From an uncultured virus (IMG/VR IMGVR_UViG_3300037847_002883) (Duplodnaviria > Heunggongvirae > Uroviricota > Caudoviricetes), in IMG/VR virus record IMGVR_UViG_3300037847_002883: DNA of 20,000 nucleotides. One strand, given 5' to 3'. The notes under the pieces are model-generated. The model made no database searches, was not told the DNA's origin, and was given only the letters and a program-made list of their open reading frames with translations. Positions 8,247-16,629 of the stretch are shown one piece after another. Positions within the stretch are counted from its first letter, which is position 1; every line of letters begins with the position of its first letter. Both the position numbers and the translations under genes were made by a program.

Positions 8247-8455
8247 CAGATGAATTGGAAGTTAAAGGAACCATAGTCCGTAATGCTGAACTGGACTGTA
8301 AAATAAAGCGTGGTGTCTATTGGAATATAGAGGTCGTGGATATTCGTTGGTATCGTAATGACAAACCAACGAATAAAGGCATTCGTTTGAATGTTGATGA
8401 AGCAAAATTGTTATTACAAATTTTAAGGAGAGAATTAGATGAAGAGAGTAAGTGA
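8243..8455 (+). CDS. PC4/YdbC-family ssDNA-binding protein
   Basis: YWNIEVVDIRWYRNDKPTNKGIRLNVDEAKLL matches the PC4 signature DIR...PTxKGIxL. Probable TTG start at 8243 (GTG 8234 is the alternative). Confidence 0.8.
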   Translation: MTDELEVKGTIVRNAELDCKIKRGVYWNIEVVDIRWYRNDKPTNKGIRLNVDEAKLLLQILRRELDEESK

Positions 8456-8702
8456 TGTTCAATCAAAGAAAAGCCTACGGGCGGCAAATGAAGAAAGACA
8501 ATACGGACATAACGCTGTTCCTCGTTTTGGAACTTGTGCTGGAAAGATTATTGATTTGTTTGCCATTTATGTTGAAGAATGTATGACTGTTCCACCTAAA
8601 GGCGGAAGAGGTTGTCGTGTTCAAAAAGAACACATTGATTTGTGTTTTGGTAAGTTTTATCAAGCGATGAGAGAATTTATGGATGGTGAAAAGAATGAAT
8701 AG
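8439..8702 (+). CDS. Hypothetical protein, candidate divergent histone fold
   Basis: Helix-loop-long helix-loop-helix pattern ending RGCRVQKEHIDLCF, aligning by eye to archaeal histone RKTIKAEDIELA. Confidence 0.5.
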   Translation: MKRVSDVQSKKSLRAANEERQYGHNAVPRFGTCAGKIIDLFAIYVEECMTVPPKGGRGCRVQKEHIDLCFGKFYQAMREFMDGEKNE

Positions 8703-9060
8703 ATATAATGAATTATTAGACTGGCTACAAAACGAACACAACGAAGTGTTTAATCAATGGGCGCAAATAGAAGAAGTAATGCGTCTTGAGGAAGAACAAA
8801 AATTAGCAGAAGAACATTCTAGAAATAATAGAATGTTTGATTACTGTATTTCTATGTATAAGAAAACATTTCCAAATACTTCACCAAGCATTTTAAATGC
8901 TATTGATATGATTAATGATTCAGTAGGTTTGGAATATTCATATAAAATGGACGCTATTCGTGCTTTGTTGCGTAATGATAGCGGAGTAATCTTTAGAGGT
9001 AGTGGTAATCTTTGGGGTAAATGGAAGCGTGAGTTTAAGGCATTGGAGGAAGAAGAATGA
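8695..9060 (+). CDS. Hypothetical protein
   Basis: GGTGA SD before ATG 8695; ATGA overlap with the next ORF. Confidence 0.6.
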   Translation: MNRYNELLDWLQNEHNEVFNQWAQIEEVMRLEEEQKLAEEHSRNNRMFDYCISMYKKTFPNTSPSILNAIDMINDSVGLEYSYKMDAIRALLRNDSGVIFRGSGNLWGKWKREFKALEEEE

Positions 9061-9410
9061 ATAAACTATATTTGATTACAACCAACAATAAGAAGTTTGA
9101 TGCTTGGTCTAAGCAATTGAAGAAACAATTGAAGGGTATTGCTCTTGAGGCTTTTAGTGCAGGATATAATGAAGTGGTGAATGGAAATTATTTGGCAAGA
9201 GCCTCTTTTGTTTGCTACTGGGAAATTCATGCAAACGATTCCTTAGCAAGATTAGCACCAGCAATTACTCAAGCATCATTGATTCATATGTTGCATAGAT
9301 TCATGGATGCAGGAATGCACGAAGAAGTGAGGATTGTTGAGCAATTAATGATGAATTTCTTGCGACTCCTTCAAAGACTAGAAGGAGAGGAAAACAATGA
9401 AGAAGAGTGA
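9057..9410 (+). CDS. Hypothetical helical protein
   Basis: 117-aa ORF, GGAGG SD, coupled to its neighbours. Confidence 0.65.
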   Translation: MNKLYLITTNNKKFDAWSKQLKKQLKGIALEAFSAGYNEVVNGNYLARASFVCYWEIHANDSLARLAPAITQASLIHMLHRFMDAGMHEEVRIVEQLMMNFLRLLQRLEGEENNEEE

Positions 9411-9639
9411 TTGGGTCTATCTAGCAAATGCTATGTGGACTTATTCGGAGAAGAATGAAGGAAGAATCAGTAGCCTTCTAAAACAACTGATTAGAGAAAT
9501 AAATAACAATAAGGAGATGATTGAAAATGACATGGGAAAATATGAGCAGAATGCTACAAGCGACAGACCAATTGACACCGACTCAGCAGATAAGTCGGAT
9601 TTCACGGGACTTGGAAACATTCACGACGGAGAAGAGTAA
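9397..9639 (+). CDS. Small hypothetical protein; 3' part overlaps the ligase gene
   Basis: GGAGAGG SD; MKKSDWVYLANAMW...; overlaps the ligase start by about 113 nt. Confidence 0.55.
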   Translation: MKKSDWVYLANAMWTYSEKNEGRISSLLKQLIREINNNKEMIENDMGKYEQNATSDRPIDTDSADKSDFTGLGNIHDGEE

Positions 9640-11005
9640 TCCTTCTTTGGTTTTGCAGATTCTTGACAAAGATAAACTGGATGATGAGATTGATGGATTG
9701 ATGTATGCTCACGATGATTTGGGCGAAGCAATTTATCACCTTGACCCATCAGCAGAAAAACAACGAAATTTTTCTGTTCAGTATGTTCATCGTATTTTGA
9801 ACATGAACTGCGGAAAGATTGATTCTAATGAATTTTCTATTCTTGAAGAATCAATTTTGGCTATGTCTGCAAATGCACGACGCTGGTTCATTCGCTATAT
9901 GTTAAGAACACCACGAAACGGAATCAATGAAGGAACGGTTGCGAAGATTATTGCCAAGCACTACAATAAGAAGCAAGCAGATGTAAAGAAACATTTGAAC
10001 TTCAATTCAATTGAAACAGTTGTTTCTCATTATGTTGCAGGTTCTAATCCTCCATGCAATCTAACATATGGAAAGTTCGTCAAACCAATGCTTGCGAAAG
10101 AAGTTCCGATGAATAAGTGGCCGACTAACTTTGTTGTTGATTACAAATACGATGGAAACCGTTATCAAATTCACATTGATGGAGATAAGACTATGATTTT
10201 CAATCGTAAAGGTAAAATCGTAACTCAGCAATTCCCCGATGTTGTTGAATTGGTTCAAGAATATGATGTTGAAAATGCGATTCTTGATGGTGAAATCTAT
10301 CCTATCTTGGAAAATGGCGCACCTGCACCTCATAAGCAAATGGGAACAAGGGTTCATTCAAAGAATGTTCAAGAGGCTATGGAAAGGGTCAAGGTTGAAT
10401 GGGTCATTTTTGATTGTCTCATGTTGAACAACGAAACAGTCATGGATTTGTCATACACGGAACGCTTGGAGAAGATGAAAGACTTGCCGAATCAAGCACA
10501 CCGAATCACCGAGGGCGACATTATGGCCTTTTACCATGAAGCAATCAACGAAGGGTTTGAAGGAATCATCGTTAAGGATGCAAGCCAACCTTATCAATCA
10601 GGAAAACGCTCCGTTTTCTGGGCTAAATACAAACCTCCGCAGATTAATCTTGATGTTGTTATCCTCTCCGCAAAATACGGGGAAGGTAAGCGGTCAAATG
10701 TTTTCGGCACTTACGAATTAGGCGTGAGGGCTAATAATGGTTATCACAGCGTCGGATGGTGTGGAACAGGCTTCTCGGATAGCGATTTAATCAACCTCAC
10801 CAACACGCTACGGCGTAATGTTGAATCCTTTGACAACGGGCGATTCTTTGTTTCGCCTGTTGTTGTTCTTGAAGTTAAGGCTGATTTGGTTAGCCGTGAT
10901 GAAAAAGGAAACTTGGGTCTAAGGTTCCCAAGATGTGTCCGTATTCGTGATGATAAATTTGTTGCGGATATTAATACCTTGAATGATGTGGAGAGATTAG
11001 AATGA
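9527..11005 (+). CDS. lig: ATP-dependent DNA ligase
   Basis: KPMLA, motif I DYKYDGNRYQIH, ILDGEI, VIFDCL, EGIIVKD, WAKYK, LDVVI, GTGFSD, LRFPR..RIRDDK. Start ATG 9527 (TTG 9521 is the alternative). Confidence 0.96.
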   Translation: MTWENMSRMLQATDQLTPTQQISRISRDLETFTTEKSNPSLVLQILDKDKLDDEIDGLMYAHDDLGEAIYHLDPSAEKQRNFSVQYVHRILNMNCGKIDSNEFSILEESILAMSANARRWFIRYMLRTPRNGINEGTVAKIIAKHYNKKQADVKKHLNFNSIETVVSHYVAGSNPPCNLTYGKFVKPMLAKEVPMNKWPTNFVVDYKYDGNRYQIHIDGDKTMIFNRKGKIVTQQFPDVVELVQEYDVENAILDGEIYPILENGAPAPHKQMGTRVHSKNVQEAMERVKVEWVIFDCLMLNNETVMDLSYTERLEKMKDLPNQAHRITEGDIMAFYHEAINEGFEGIIVKDASQPYQSGKRSVFWAKYKPPQINLDVVILSAKYGEGKRSNVFGTYELGVRANNGYHSVGWCGTGFSDSDLINLTNTLRRNVESFDNGRFFVSPVVVLEVKADLVSRDEKGNLGLRFPRCVRIRDDKFVADINTLNDVERLE

Positions 11006-11376
11006 AAGAAGAATCAGCAATATGGAATACAAAATACTTTGCAGACCAACATGGGCGTTGCAGGAAGATTTCCAAAATGAGCATGAATCAAACAAATGCA
11101 GCAATTAGAACTTCATTTACGAGAATGAAAACTTCTATGCTACATTTAGAGAGACTCTATCAACGGAGATATGTTTTGAAGCAAGCATTAGGAGAAGAAG
11201 ATTACATGGTGAGAAACCACAAGCAAAAGATTATTCAAAATCTTGGTTTGAAATCGGAACTTGAGAAGAACGAACATATGCAACAGATTCTTCTAACTGC
11301 TTTGAGTTTCATTGAAAGTGGAAAAGACATTTCTTTGATTAAGGCTATTCTTGAACAAGCGAGGGATGATGAATGA
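11002..11376 (+). CDS. Hypothetical protein
   Basis: 124-aa ORF with ATGA overlaps on both sides. Confidence 0.6.
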   Translation: MKEESAIWNTKYFADQHGRCRKISKMSMNQTNAAIRTSFTRMKTSMLHLERLYQRRYVLKQALGEEDYMVRNHKQKIIQNLGLKSELEKNEHMQQILLTALSFIESGKDISLIKAILEQARDDE

Positions 11377-11816
11377 TACAACAAGGAGAAATGACAATTA
11401 TTGATGCGATTACTTACAGGTGTTTGAAAATTGATGACGATGGCTATGCTCATCTAAAAAACATCTTGCATGAACAAGGCCGACCTAAGTTAGTTTTACA
11501 GAAGTATTGTCCTTACATTAAGGATAATCAAATCATTGTTCCTGAAAAGCCTGCTTATAAGAAACCAAAACCTACCACCAAAATTAATGTAACTCAGTTA
11601 ATTAAAGAAACAACTGACCTTCAAGTTTCAAATGAGGCAAAGTATTTCATTACTCAATGGGTTGAAACAGCGATTGCCAACCTTATTAGCAACGCAGAAG
11701 AAAACGCAATTGACAGGGGAGAGTCTCGCTTAACTGCGGCTCATTTCTTTTGGCTTGAAACAAATACTGCACCTAATGGTTATTGGCCGTCAAATACAGA
11801 ATATATGCAGGACTGA
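11373..11816 (+). CDS. Histone-fold protein with an extra N-terminal domain
   Basis: C-terminal INVTQLIKETTDLQVSNEAKYFITQWVETAIANLISNAEENAIDRGESRLTAAHF resembles the archaeal histone pattern (RVSxDA...A..A...GRKTIKAED). Linked to the N-terminal domain by a K/P-rich segment. Confidence 0.7.
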   Translation: MIQQGEMTIIDAITYRCLKIDDDGYAHLKNILHEQGRPKLVLQKYCPYIKDNQIIVPEKPAYKKPKPTTKINVTQLIKETTDLQVSNEAKYFITQWVETAIANLISNAEENAIDRGESRLTAAHFFWLETNTAPNGYWPSNTEYMQD

Positions 11817-11821
11817 TACTC

Positions 11822-12217
11822 ATGTATAGTAAAGATATGTTAATTGGTATCATGCTAACTGCTGGTAAGTTGGATTTTAATATTGAAAGAGCAAGTGATT
11901 CTCAAATCGGTTATCGTGTGAGAGTGAAAATTATCCTTCGTGCTGAAGAATCATTTCTTAGGGCTGTTGAAAGAACACTTCTTCAACATGAAATCACTTC
12001 TTCTTACAAAGAAAAAGAGTCAAAGACAAGACCGAAGCCTATTCTAAAGATTGGTGGAATCAAAAATCTGTATAAATTGACAGAATTAGTTCCTGTATTA
12101 CCTGATGCAAAGGGAGAATGGGGAACATTTAGAGAACTCGTAGAATTAATTTCAGAGAATAAACATAGAACATCAAGTGGACTTGATAGAATATTTGAAT
12201 TGAAAGGGGTCATTTAA
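11822..12217 (+). CDS. Single-motif LAGLIDADG-fold protein, probably nuclease-inactive
   Basis: LIGIMLTAGKLDFNI in place of LAGLIDADG, then IGYRVRVKIIL and C-terminal KHRTSSGLDRIFELK (cf. H.T.EGL.KI of LAGLIDADG endonucleases). The motif lacks the acidic catalytic residue. Confidence 0.7.
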   Translation: MYSKDMLIGIMLTAGKLDFNIERASDSQIGYRVRVKIILRAEESFLRAVERTLLQHEITSSYKEKESKTRPKPILKIGGIKNLYKLTELVPVLPDAKGEWGTFRELVELISENKHRTSSGLDRIFELKGVI

Positions 12218-13071
12218 TGGGACTAACAAATAGAAATAATGATAATAGAACAATTCTACTAACAGGCAAAACTGGAACTGGAAAATCAACAAAGGCACTT
12301 ACATTCGTAAATGACCCAATCGTTCTATATGCAAACGACATTGATTTTGATGTAGGTTCGTTTCCTGTGGAGAACGGAATCGTTATTGAAGATGTGCATT
12401 ACAAGCCCGATAAGTCAGCGATTTTACACATCATACGCAATTATCGTGGTCAAGTAGTATTGACTTCTATTAACCAAAAGTCTGTTCCCAAAGAAATTAA
12501 GGATATGTGTAAAATTAAAAGAGCAGGTTCTCATAATTTTCTTGAGGAAGAAATCAAAGCAATCGCTCCAAATAGCGAAACTCCTTTCTCTTTAGATAGA
12601 GATACTTATTCCATCGTGAATGGTTTTCTTAAGGAGAGAAATAGAGATTTGGTTGCTGAAATTTTACTGTTTAACAAACCATCAGATACACAGATTTTAT
12701 CGTGGTTGTCTGAAAATATGCACCCTAATAGATTAATTTTTGTTGATGGGAGAGTTAAGCGAAGATGGAGCCAAAGATACTTTTATGAGATGCTTGCCTA
12801 TTCTCATACAGGTTCTTTTGTGGGACAATTGAATATGCCAAAAAGAAGAGCATATTCACAAATACCAAAACTAGCAAGAAGGCTTGGAGTTAAGAACCAA
12901 AGACTTCTTCCTGCTTTGTTGAAAGATGAAGCGTTTAAGGAACAGGCAAAAAAGAAACTTAATAATGCCGAATGCCGATTGCTTAAAATCGGTGAGAAGC
13001 GGCGAAGAAAGAAAACTACACCTATTGTAATAACACAAACATCATTAGGTGATTTTATGAAGGAGGGATAA
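12217..13071 (+). CDS. rfcL: Replication factor C large subunit-like AAA+ protein (shortened)
   Basis: Walker A GKTGTGKST, Walker B IVIEDVH, C-terminal PIP box QTSLGDF; next to the RFC small subunit. Confidence 0.7.
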   Translation: MGLTNRNNDNRTILLTGKTGTGKSTKALTFVNDPIVLYANDIDFDVGSFPVENGIVIEDVHYKPDKSAILHIIRNYRGQVVLTSINQKSVPKEIKDMCKIKRAGSHNFLEEEIKAIAPNSETPFSLDRDTYSIVNGFLKERNRDLVAEILLFNKPSDTQILSWLSENMHPNRLIFVDGRVKRRWSQRYFYEMLAYSHTGSFVGQLNMPKRRAYSQIPKLARRLGVKNQRLLPALLKDEAFKEQAKKKLNNAECRLLKIGEKRRRKKTTPIVITQTSLGDFMKEG

Positions 13072-13073
13072 AT

Positions 13074-13301
13074 ATGGGAACTCATGGATTTAGTATGGCT
13101 AAAGAAGAAATAATTAAATTGATTAAGAAAGAGGGGCCAATGCCCACCGAAGAAATCAAGGTGAAAATTGAAAATATTCCTAGACTTAAAAATACTAGAA
13201 TAACCTCAAATCGTATTGGTCAGCATTTGCGTAGGATGCCCTTCATTGTTCATGGTGAACAACCAAATGGAACAAAAATATACGCACTAATGGAGGAATA
13301 A
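13074..13301 (+). CDS. Small winged-helix-like protein
   Basis: EIIKLIKKEGPMPTEEI...ITSNRIGQHLRR...GTKIYAL, a typical wHTH spacing. Confidence 0.55.
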   Translation: MGTHGFSMAKEEIIKLIKKEGPMPTEEIKVKIENIPRLKNTRITSNRIGQHLRRMPFIVHGEQPNGTKIYALMEE

Positions 13302-13303
13302 AA

Positions 13304-14212
13304 ATGTTATGGACAGAAAAATATAGACCTAAAAATTTAAATGAAGTAATTGGACAAGAACACTTTGTATCTGATGCAAGAGGTTGGGTTGAAGAAAACA
13401 ATATGCCTAATATCTTATTATACGGAAATCCTGGAAATGGTAAAACAGGCGCAGGATTAGTGATTGGAAGAGAAATCTTGGGTGATTCTTTTCAAGATAA
13501 TTTTGTTGAAGTGAATGCATCTGATGATAGGCGATTAGAAAATGTGAGAACTACGATTAAGAATATCGCACAAAGCGGAACAATCGGGGATGCACCATTT
13601 AGAATCGTATTATTAGATGAAATGGATGGTATGACCACCGATGCCCAAAACGCACTAAAGCGAATCATGGAACGATATGCAAGCAATATTCGTTTTATTA
13701 TTACCTGCAACGACAGAAATAAGATTATTTTTGCATTACAAAGTCGGTGTGCAAATTATCATTTTAAGCCACTCTCTAATGAGGCTGTCTTGGAAGTATT
13801 GACTTCAATTCTCAAGGCTGAAGAAATAACCCGATTCTCCCAAGATGAATTGGACTCCTTTATATATGCTATGAATGGTGATATGCGGAGGGCGATTACG
13901 GAACTCCAAGCGGCAAAAGCAAGCAATTCCACCCTCAAAACGCAAATTGATGCAGGATTGAATGAATACAAAAAATTGTTAATGAAAATTGTTAATAAAG
14001 ATAACTTCGCATTAAGCACAATACACGATTTCTTACACAACGGATTTACTATCCGTGAAATCTGTATCGGCTTACACGATGCAGTTATTCAAACTGAATT
14101 AGAAAGTAATGTCAAATTCAAAATTTTAAGAACCATAGGAGAAAGCGAATGGCGTTCAACCACTATGACTCCAAAGGTTTTAGCATCTTGGCTAGTTAGC
14201 CAACTATCATAG
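13304..14212 (+). CDS. rfcS: Replication factor C small subunit
   Basis: LWTEKYRP, GNPGNGKT, EVNASDDR, LLDEMDGMT.DAQNALKR, LQSRC, GDMRRAI. Confidence 0.96.
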   Translation: MLWTEKYRPKNLNEVIGQEHFVSDARGWVEENNMPNILLYGNPGNGKTGAGLVIGREILGDSFQDNFVEVNASDDRRLENVRTTIKNIAQSGTIGDAPFRIVLLDEMDGMTTDAQNALKRIMERYASNIRFIITCNDRNKIIFALQSRCANYHFKPLSNEAVLEVLTSILKAEEITRFSQDELDSFIYAMNGDMRRAITELQAAKASNSTLKTQIDAGLNEYKKLLMKIVNKDNFALSTIHDFLHNGFTIREICIGLHDAVIQTELESNVKFKILRTIGESEWRSTTMTPKVLASWLVSQLS

Positions 14213-14236
14213 AATTGAACAAAGAAAAAAATAAAT

Positions 14237-15472
14237 ATGGAAGTGAAAAACATGGACGAAAACATGAAAGCAGAAATTGAAAAGGGCGCACAGGCTATCG
14301 GCTTGAGCGTTGAAGAAGCGAAGAACAAGTTTGAAGAGATTTGTTCCGAAAACAACATTGAAACCACAAACCCTATCGCAAAGGGTCTTTGGCGAAACTT
14401 TGTTGCGAATGTAAAGCGAACACAGAATAATGATGGTGGTGAACAGAAAGACAACGATTCTTTCTACAAAGCAGCCTTTGGTTTCTTTGTATCGTTAGAT
14501 GCTCCAAGAGATATGATGGCTTGGAACAGAATGAAGGCAAAAGAAGAGTTTATGCGTGATGCTGACAACGCTCTTGAACAGGGTATTGTGGCTATTGCTT
14601 CACAGAACGCTCTTGGAAAGTGGGTTGTTTCCCGCTATCACAACGGAGAATACAACGAAAAGACCATTTCAACTCTCCCTTCGGGTGCAGAAGAAACAGA
14701 AGATGGTCGTTTCTTTATCCCATTGGATAATACCGCCACTTACATGAATGGTGGTAAAAACAACAATTACGGTAAGCCTCTTCCCGCAGAACAAATGCGA
14801 CGAAGTGGCGTTTTCTTTGGTTCTGTCGGAACGGGAGAAATGAAACCGTATTACTTCTCTTACAAAAATCAAGGCGGAGTGGACTTTGCACCAAATACTT
14901 TTGAGTGGGTGCATTTCCTTTGTGTCGCTAATGACAATGGGACGGACATTTACGGTGCTAAGGACTTGACTTTCAACAGTCTTTCCCTTAACTCTGAAAT
15001 GAATCCCGATAATGAACTTTATCGTGATATGTCCACCTTTGACTTTGAGGATTGCTTGCGAGAAAACTTTGCATCGCATCTTGTTCCTCTTGTTGATATG
15101 GATAAGGCCCACATTGAACGCCAAGCACTTCCTTCAAAGGAACGCTATGTCATTACAGACGGAACGGTGTGCAATATGAACATGACTCCAACAAAGAACG
15201 GAAACAGAATCATCAATCTAACTGACTTGAATGCAGAAATGGATTATGATTCTAACGAATCTGGTATTACTACTTGCTGGATTCCTGAGCATTTGACGCT
15301 TGACTTTGGTATTGGTTCTTCTGTCGTTGTTATTGGCCGAACAAGCCAAAGAACAACTGATGAAGGTGTTGAACCAACAACAATCAATGTTGCTGGTCTT
15401 TACTGCACAGTTCGTCATGGTTCAGCCGTTGAGGTTTCTGTTCCCGTTGAAGAGGACTTTGACTGGTTTTGA
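14237..15472 (+). CDS. OB-fold single-stranded DNA-binding protein (RPA-like)
   Basis: C-terminal OB pattern (ITDGTV...IINLTD...TCWIP...GSSVVVIGR...INVAGL) and acidic-aromatic tail EEDFDWF; lies in the replication module. ATG 14252 is an alternative start. Confidence 0.65.
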   Translation: MEVKNMDENMKAEIEKGAQAIGLSVEEAKNKFEEICSENNIETTNPIAKGLWRNFVANVKRTQNNDGGEQKDNDSFYKAAFGFFVSLDAPRDMMAWNRMKAKEEFMRDADNALEQGIVAIASQNALGKWVVSRYHNGEYNEKTISTLPSGAEETEDGRFFIPLDNTATYMNGGKNNNYGKPLPAEQMRRSGVFFGSVGTGEMKPYYFSYKNQGGVDFAPNTFEWVHFLCVANDNGTDIYGAKDLTFNSLSLNSEMNPDNELYRDMSTFDFEDCLRENFASHLVPLVDMDKAHIERQALPSKERYVITDGTVCNMNMTPTKNGNRIINLTDLNAEMDYDSNESGITTCWIPEHLTLDFGIGSSVVVIGRTSQRTTDEGVEPTTINVAGLYCTVRHGSAVEVSVPVEEDFDWF

Positions 15473-15486
15473 GTAAAACCATCCAT

Positions 15487-15548
15487 TGTGTAGTCGTTGG
15501 CGTTAATGACGGCCATAGAGGTGCGAAGCCTTTCCCTTTGGAGGGAAA
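15487..15548 (+). promoter_or_regulatory. Structured intergenic RNA candidate (three hairpins, the last covering the downstream SD)
   Basis: GTCGTTG/TAATGAC (15493-15510), AGAGGT/GCCTTT (15517-15533), TTTCCCT/AGGGAAA (15531-15548). Confidence 0.45.
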
Positions 15549-15551
15549 AAC

Positions 15552-15803
15552 ATGGATGATATAAAGAACGAAAGATTTTTAATTAAAGAAACAAGTTATC
15601 TCGTTGATTTGAAAGATGTAGATTTTATTACTTGGAGCGAAAATGAAAGAGACTTAGGTAAGTATTTGGCTAAGTTGCACATTGGTTCTAAGGAAACAAG
15701 ATATATGTGCCAATCAGCAGAAGATTTGAAAACTTTACTTCAAACTTGGTCGGAAGTTAAAGGAGAAAAATTAGACCTTGATGTAGATGAATTAACATGG
15801 TGA
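15552..15803 (+). CDS. Hypothetical protein
   Basis: 83-aa ORF with a GGAGGG SD; beta-rich with a C-terminal helix. Confidence 0.65.
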   Translation: MDDIKNERFLIKETSYLVDLKDVDFITWSENERDLGKYLAKLHIGSKETRYMCQSAEDLKTLLQTWSEVKGEKLDLDVDELTW

Positions 15804-15807
15804 TAAC

Positions 15808-16629
15808 ATGGGATTAACTAGTAATACAAATAAGAAAGCAGTAGAAGAAGGAATGTCTCAAAATGCAAGAGTTATTGCATTTAAAGAGAAATTAGCAAAG
15901 CAGACAGAAGGAAGAAAAGCACGAAGCAACCGCCTTATTTGCGGCATTTGGGGAGAACCCAAGACTGTTAAAAGCGGTTTGGCTCTTGACTTTCCAGAGA
16001 AACAGATTTATGTTCTTGATTGGGACGATGGTTGCGAACCAACTTGGCGACAAAACCATGAAATGACTGATAGGATTACTCTTTGGAATCCTGAAGTGCG
16101 AAACAAAAACGGTGAATTGGATATTCAAAAGTCGGAAGCAAATTCCGAAGACTTTGTTTTGTTTGTGAAATCAAAGATTGAAGAGGGCGAAGATGTTCTT
16201 TTTGTTTTTGATGGAATTGATAAGTGGCTTGATTGTTGCACATTAAATGTGACTGGCTCTTCAAAAATCGGAAAGCCGCAGAAGATGAAATTTGAATGGG
16301 GTAAGAGAAACGCTCCTTTCTATTCTCTTTTGATGATGTGTAAGAATCTTAACTGCGACCAAATCTACATTACACACGCTAAGGCTGATTATGGTGCAAC
16401 TGGAGAAGTTATTGGTTCTAAACCAAACTGGCACAATTGGGGTGATTACCTGTATCAAATTATTACGACGAGAAGGACACGCAAAAAGAATGATGTTGTT
16501 TATAAGGCTGAATTACTCAGCAGTAAAACCAACACCGAATTAGTGGGTAAATCTTGGGAAACATTGACTGTTGGTAGTGGAAAGGTTTCTTGGGAAGGTA
16601 TGCCTGAATTGCGTGAGGGATTGATTTGA
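15808..16629 (+). CDS. RecA-superfamily ATPase (AAA_24/Sak4/RadB-like)
   Basis: Walker A variant GIWGEPKTVKSG, VLDWDDG, Walker B LFVFDGID, IYITHAK; lies between SSB and PCNA. Confidence 0.7.
   Translation: MGLTSNTNKKAVEEGMSQNARVIAFKEKLAKQTEGRKARSNRLICGIWGEPKTVKSGLALDFPEKQIYVLDWDDGCEPTWRQNHEMTDRITLWNPEVRNKNGELDIQKSEANSEDFVLFVKSKIEEGEDVLFVFDGIDKWLDCCTLNVTGSSKIGKPQKMKFEWGKRNAPFYSLLMMCKNLNCDQIYITHAKADYGATGEVIGSKPNWHNWGDYLYQIITTRRTRKKNDVVYKAELLSSKTNTELVGKSWETLTVGSGKVSWEGMPELREGLI

Noticed and set aside
15473..15551. tRNA gene in the intergenic gap
   Set aside because: Only a T-arm-like hairpin is present; I could not build an acceptor stem and full cloverleaf.
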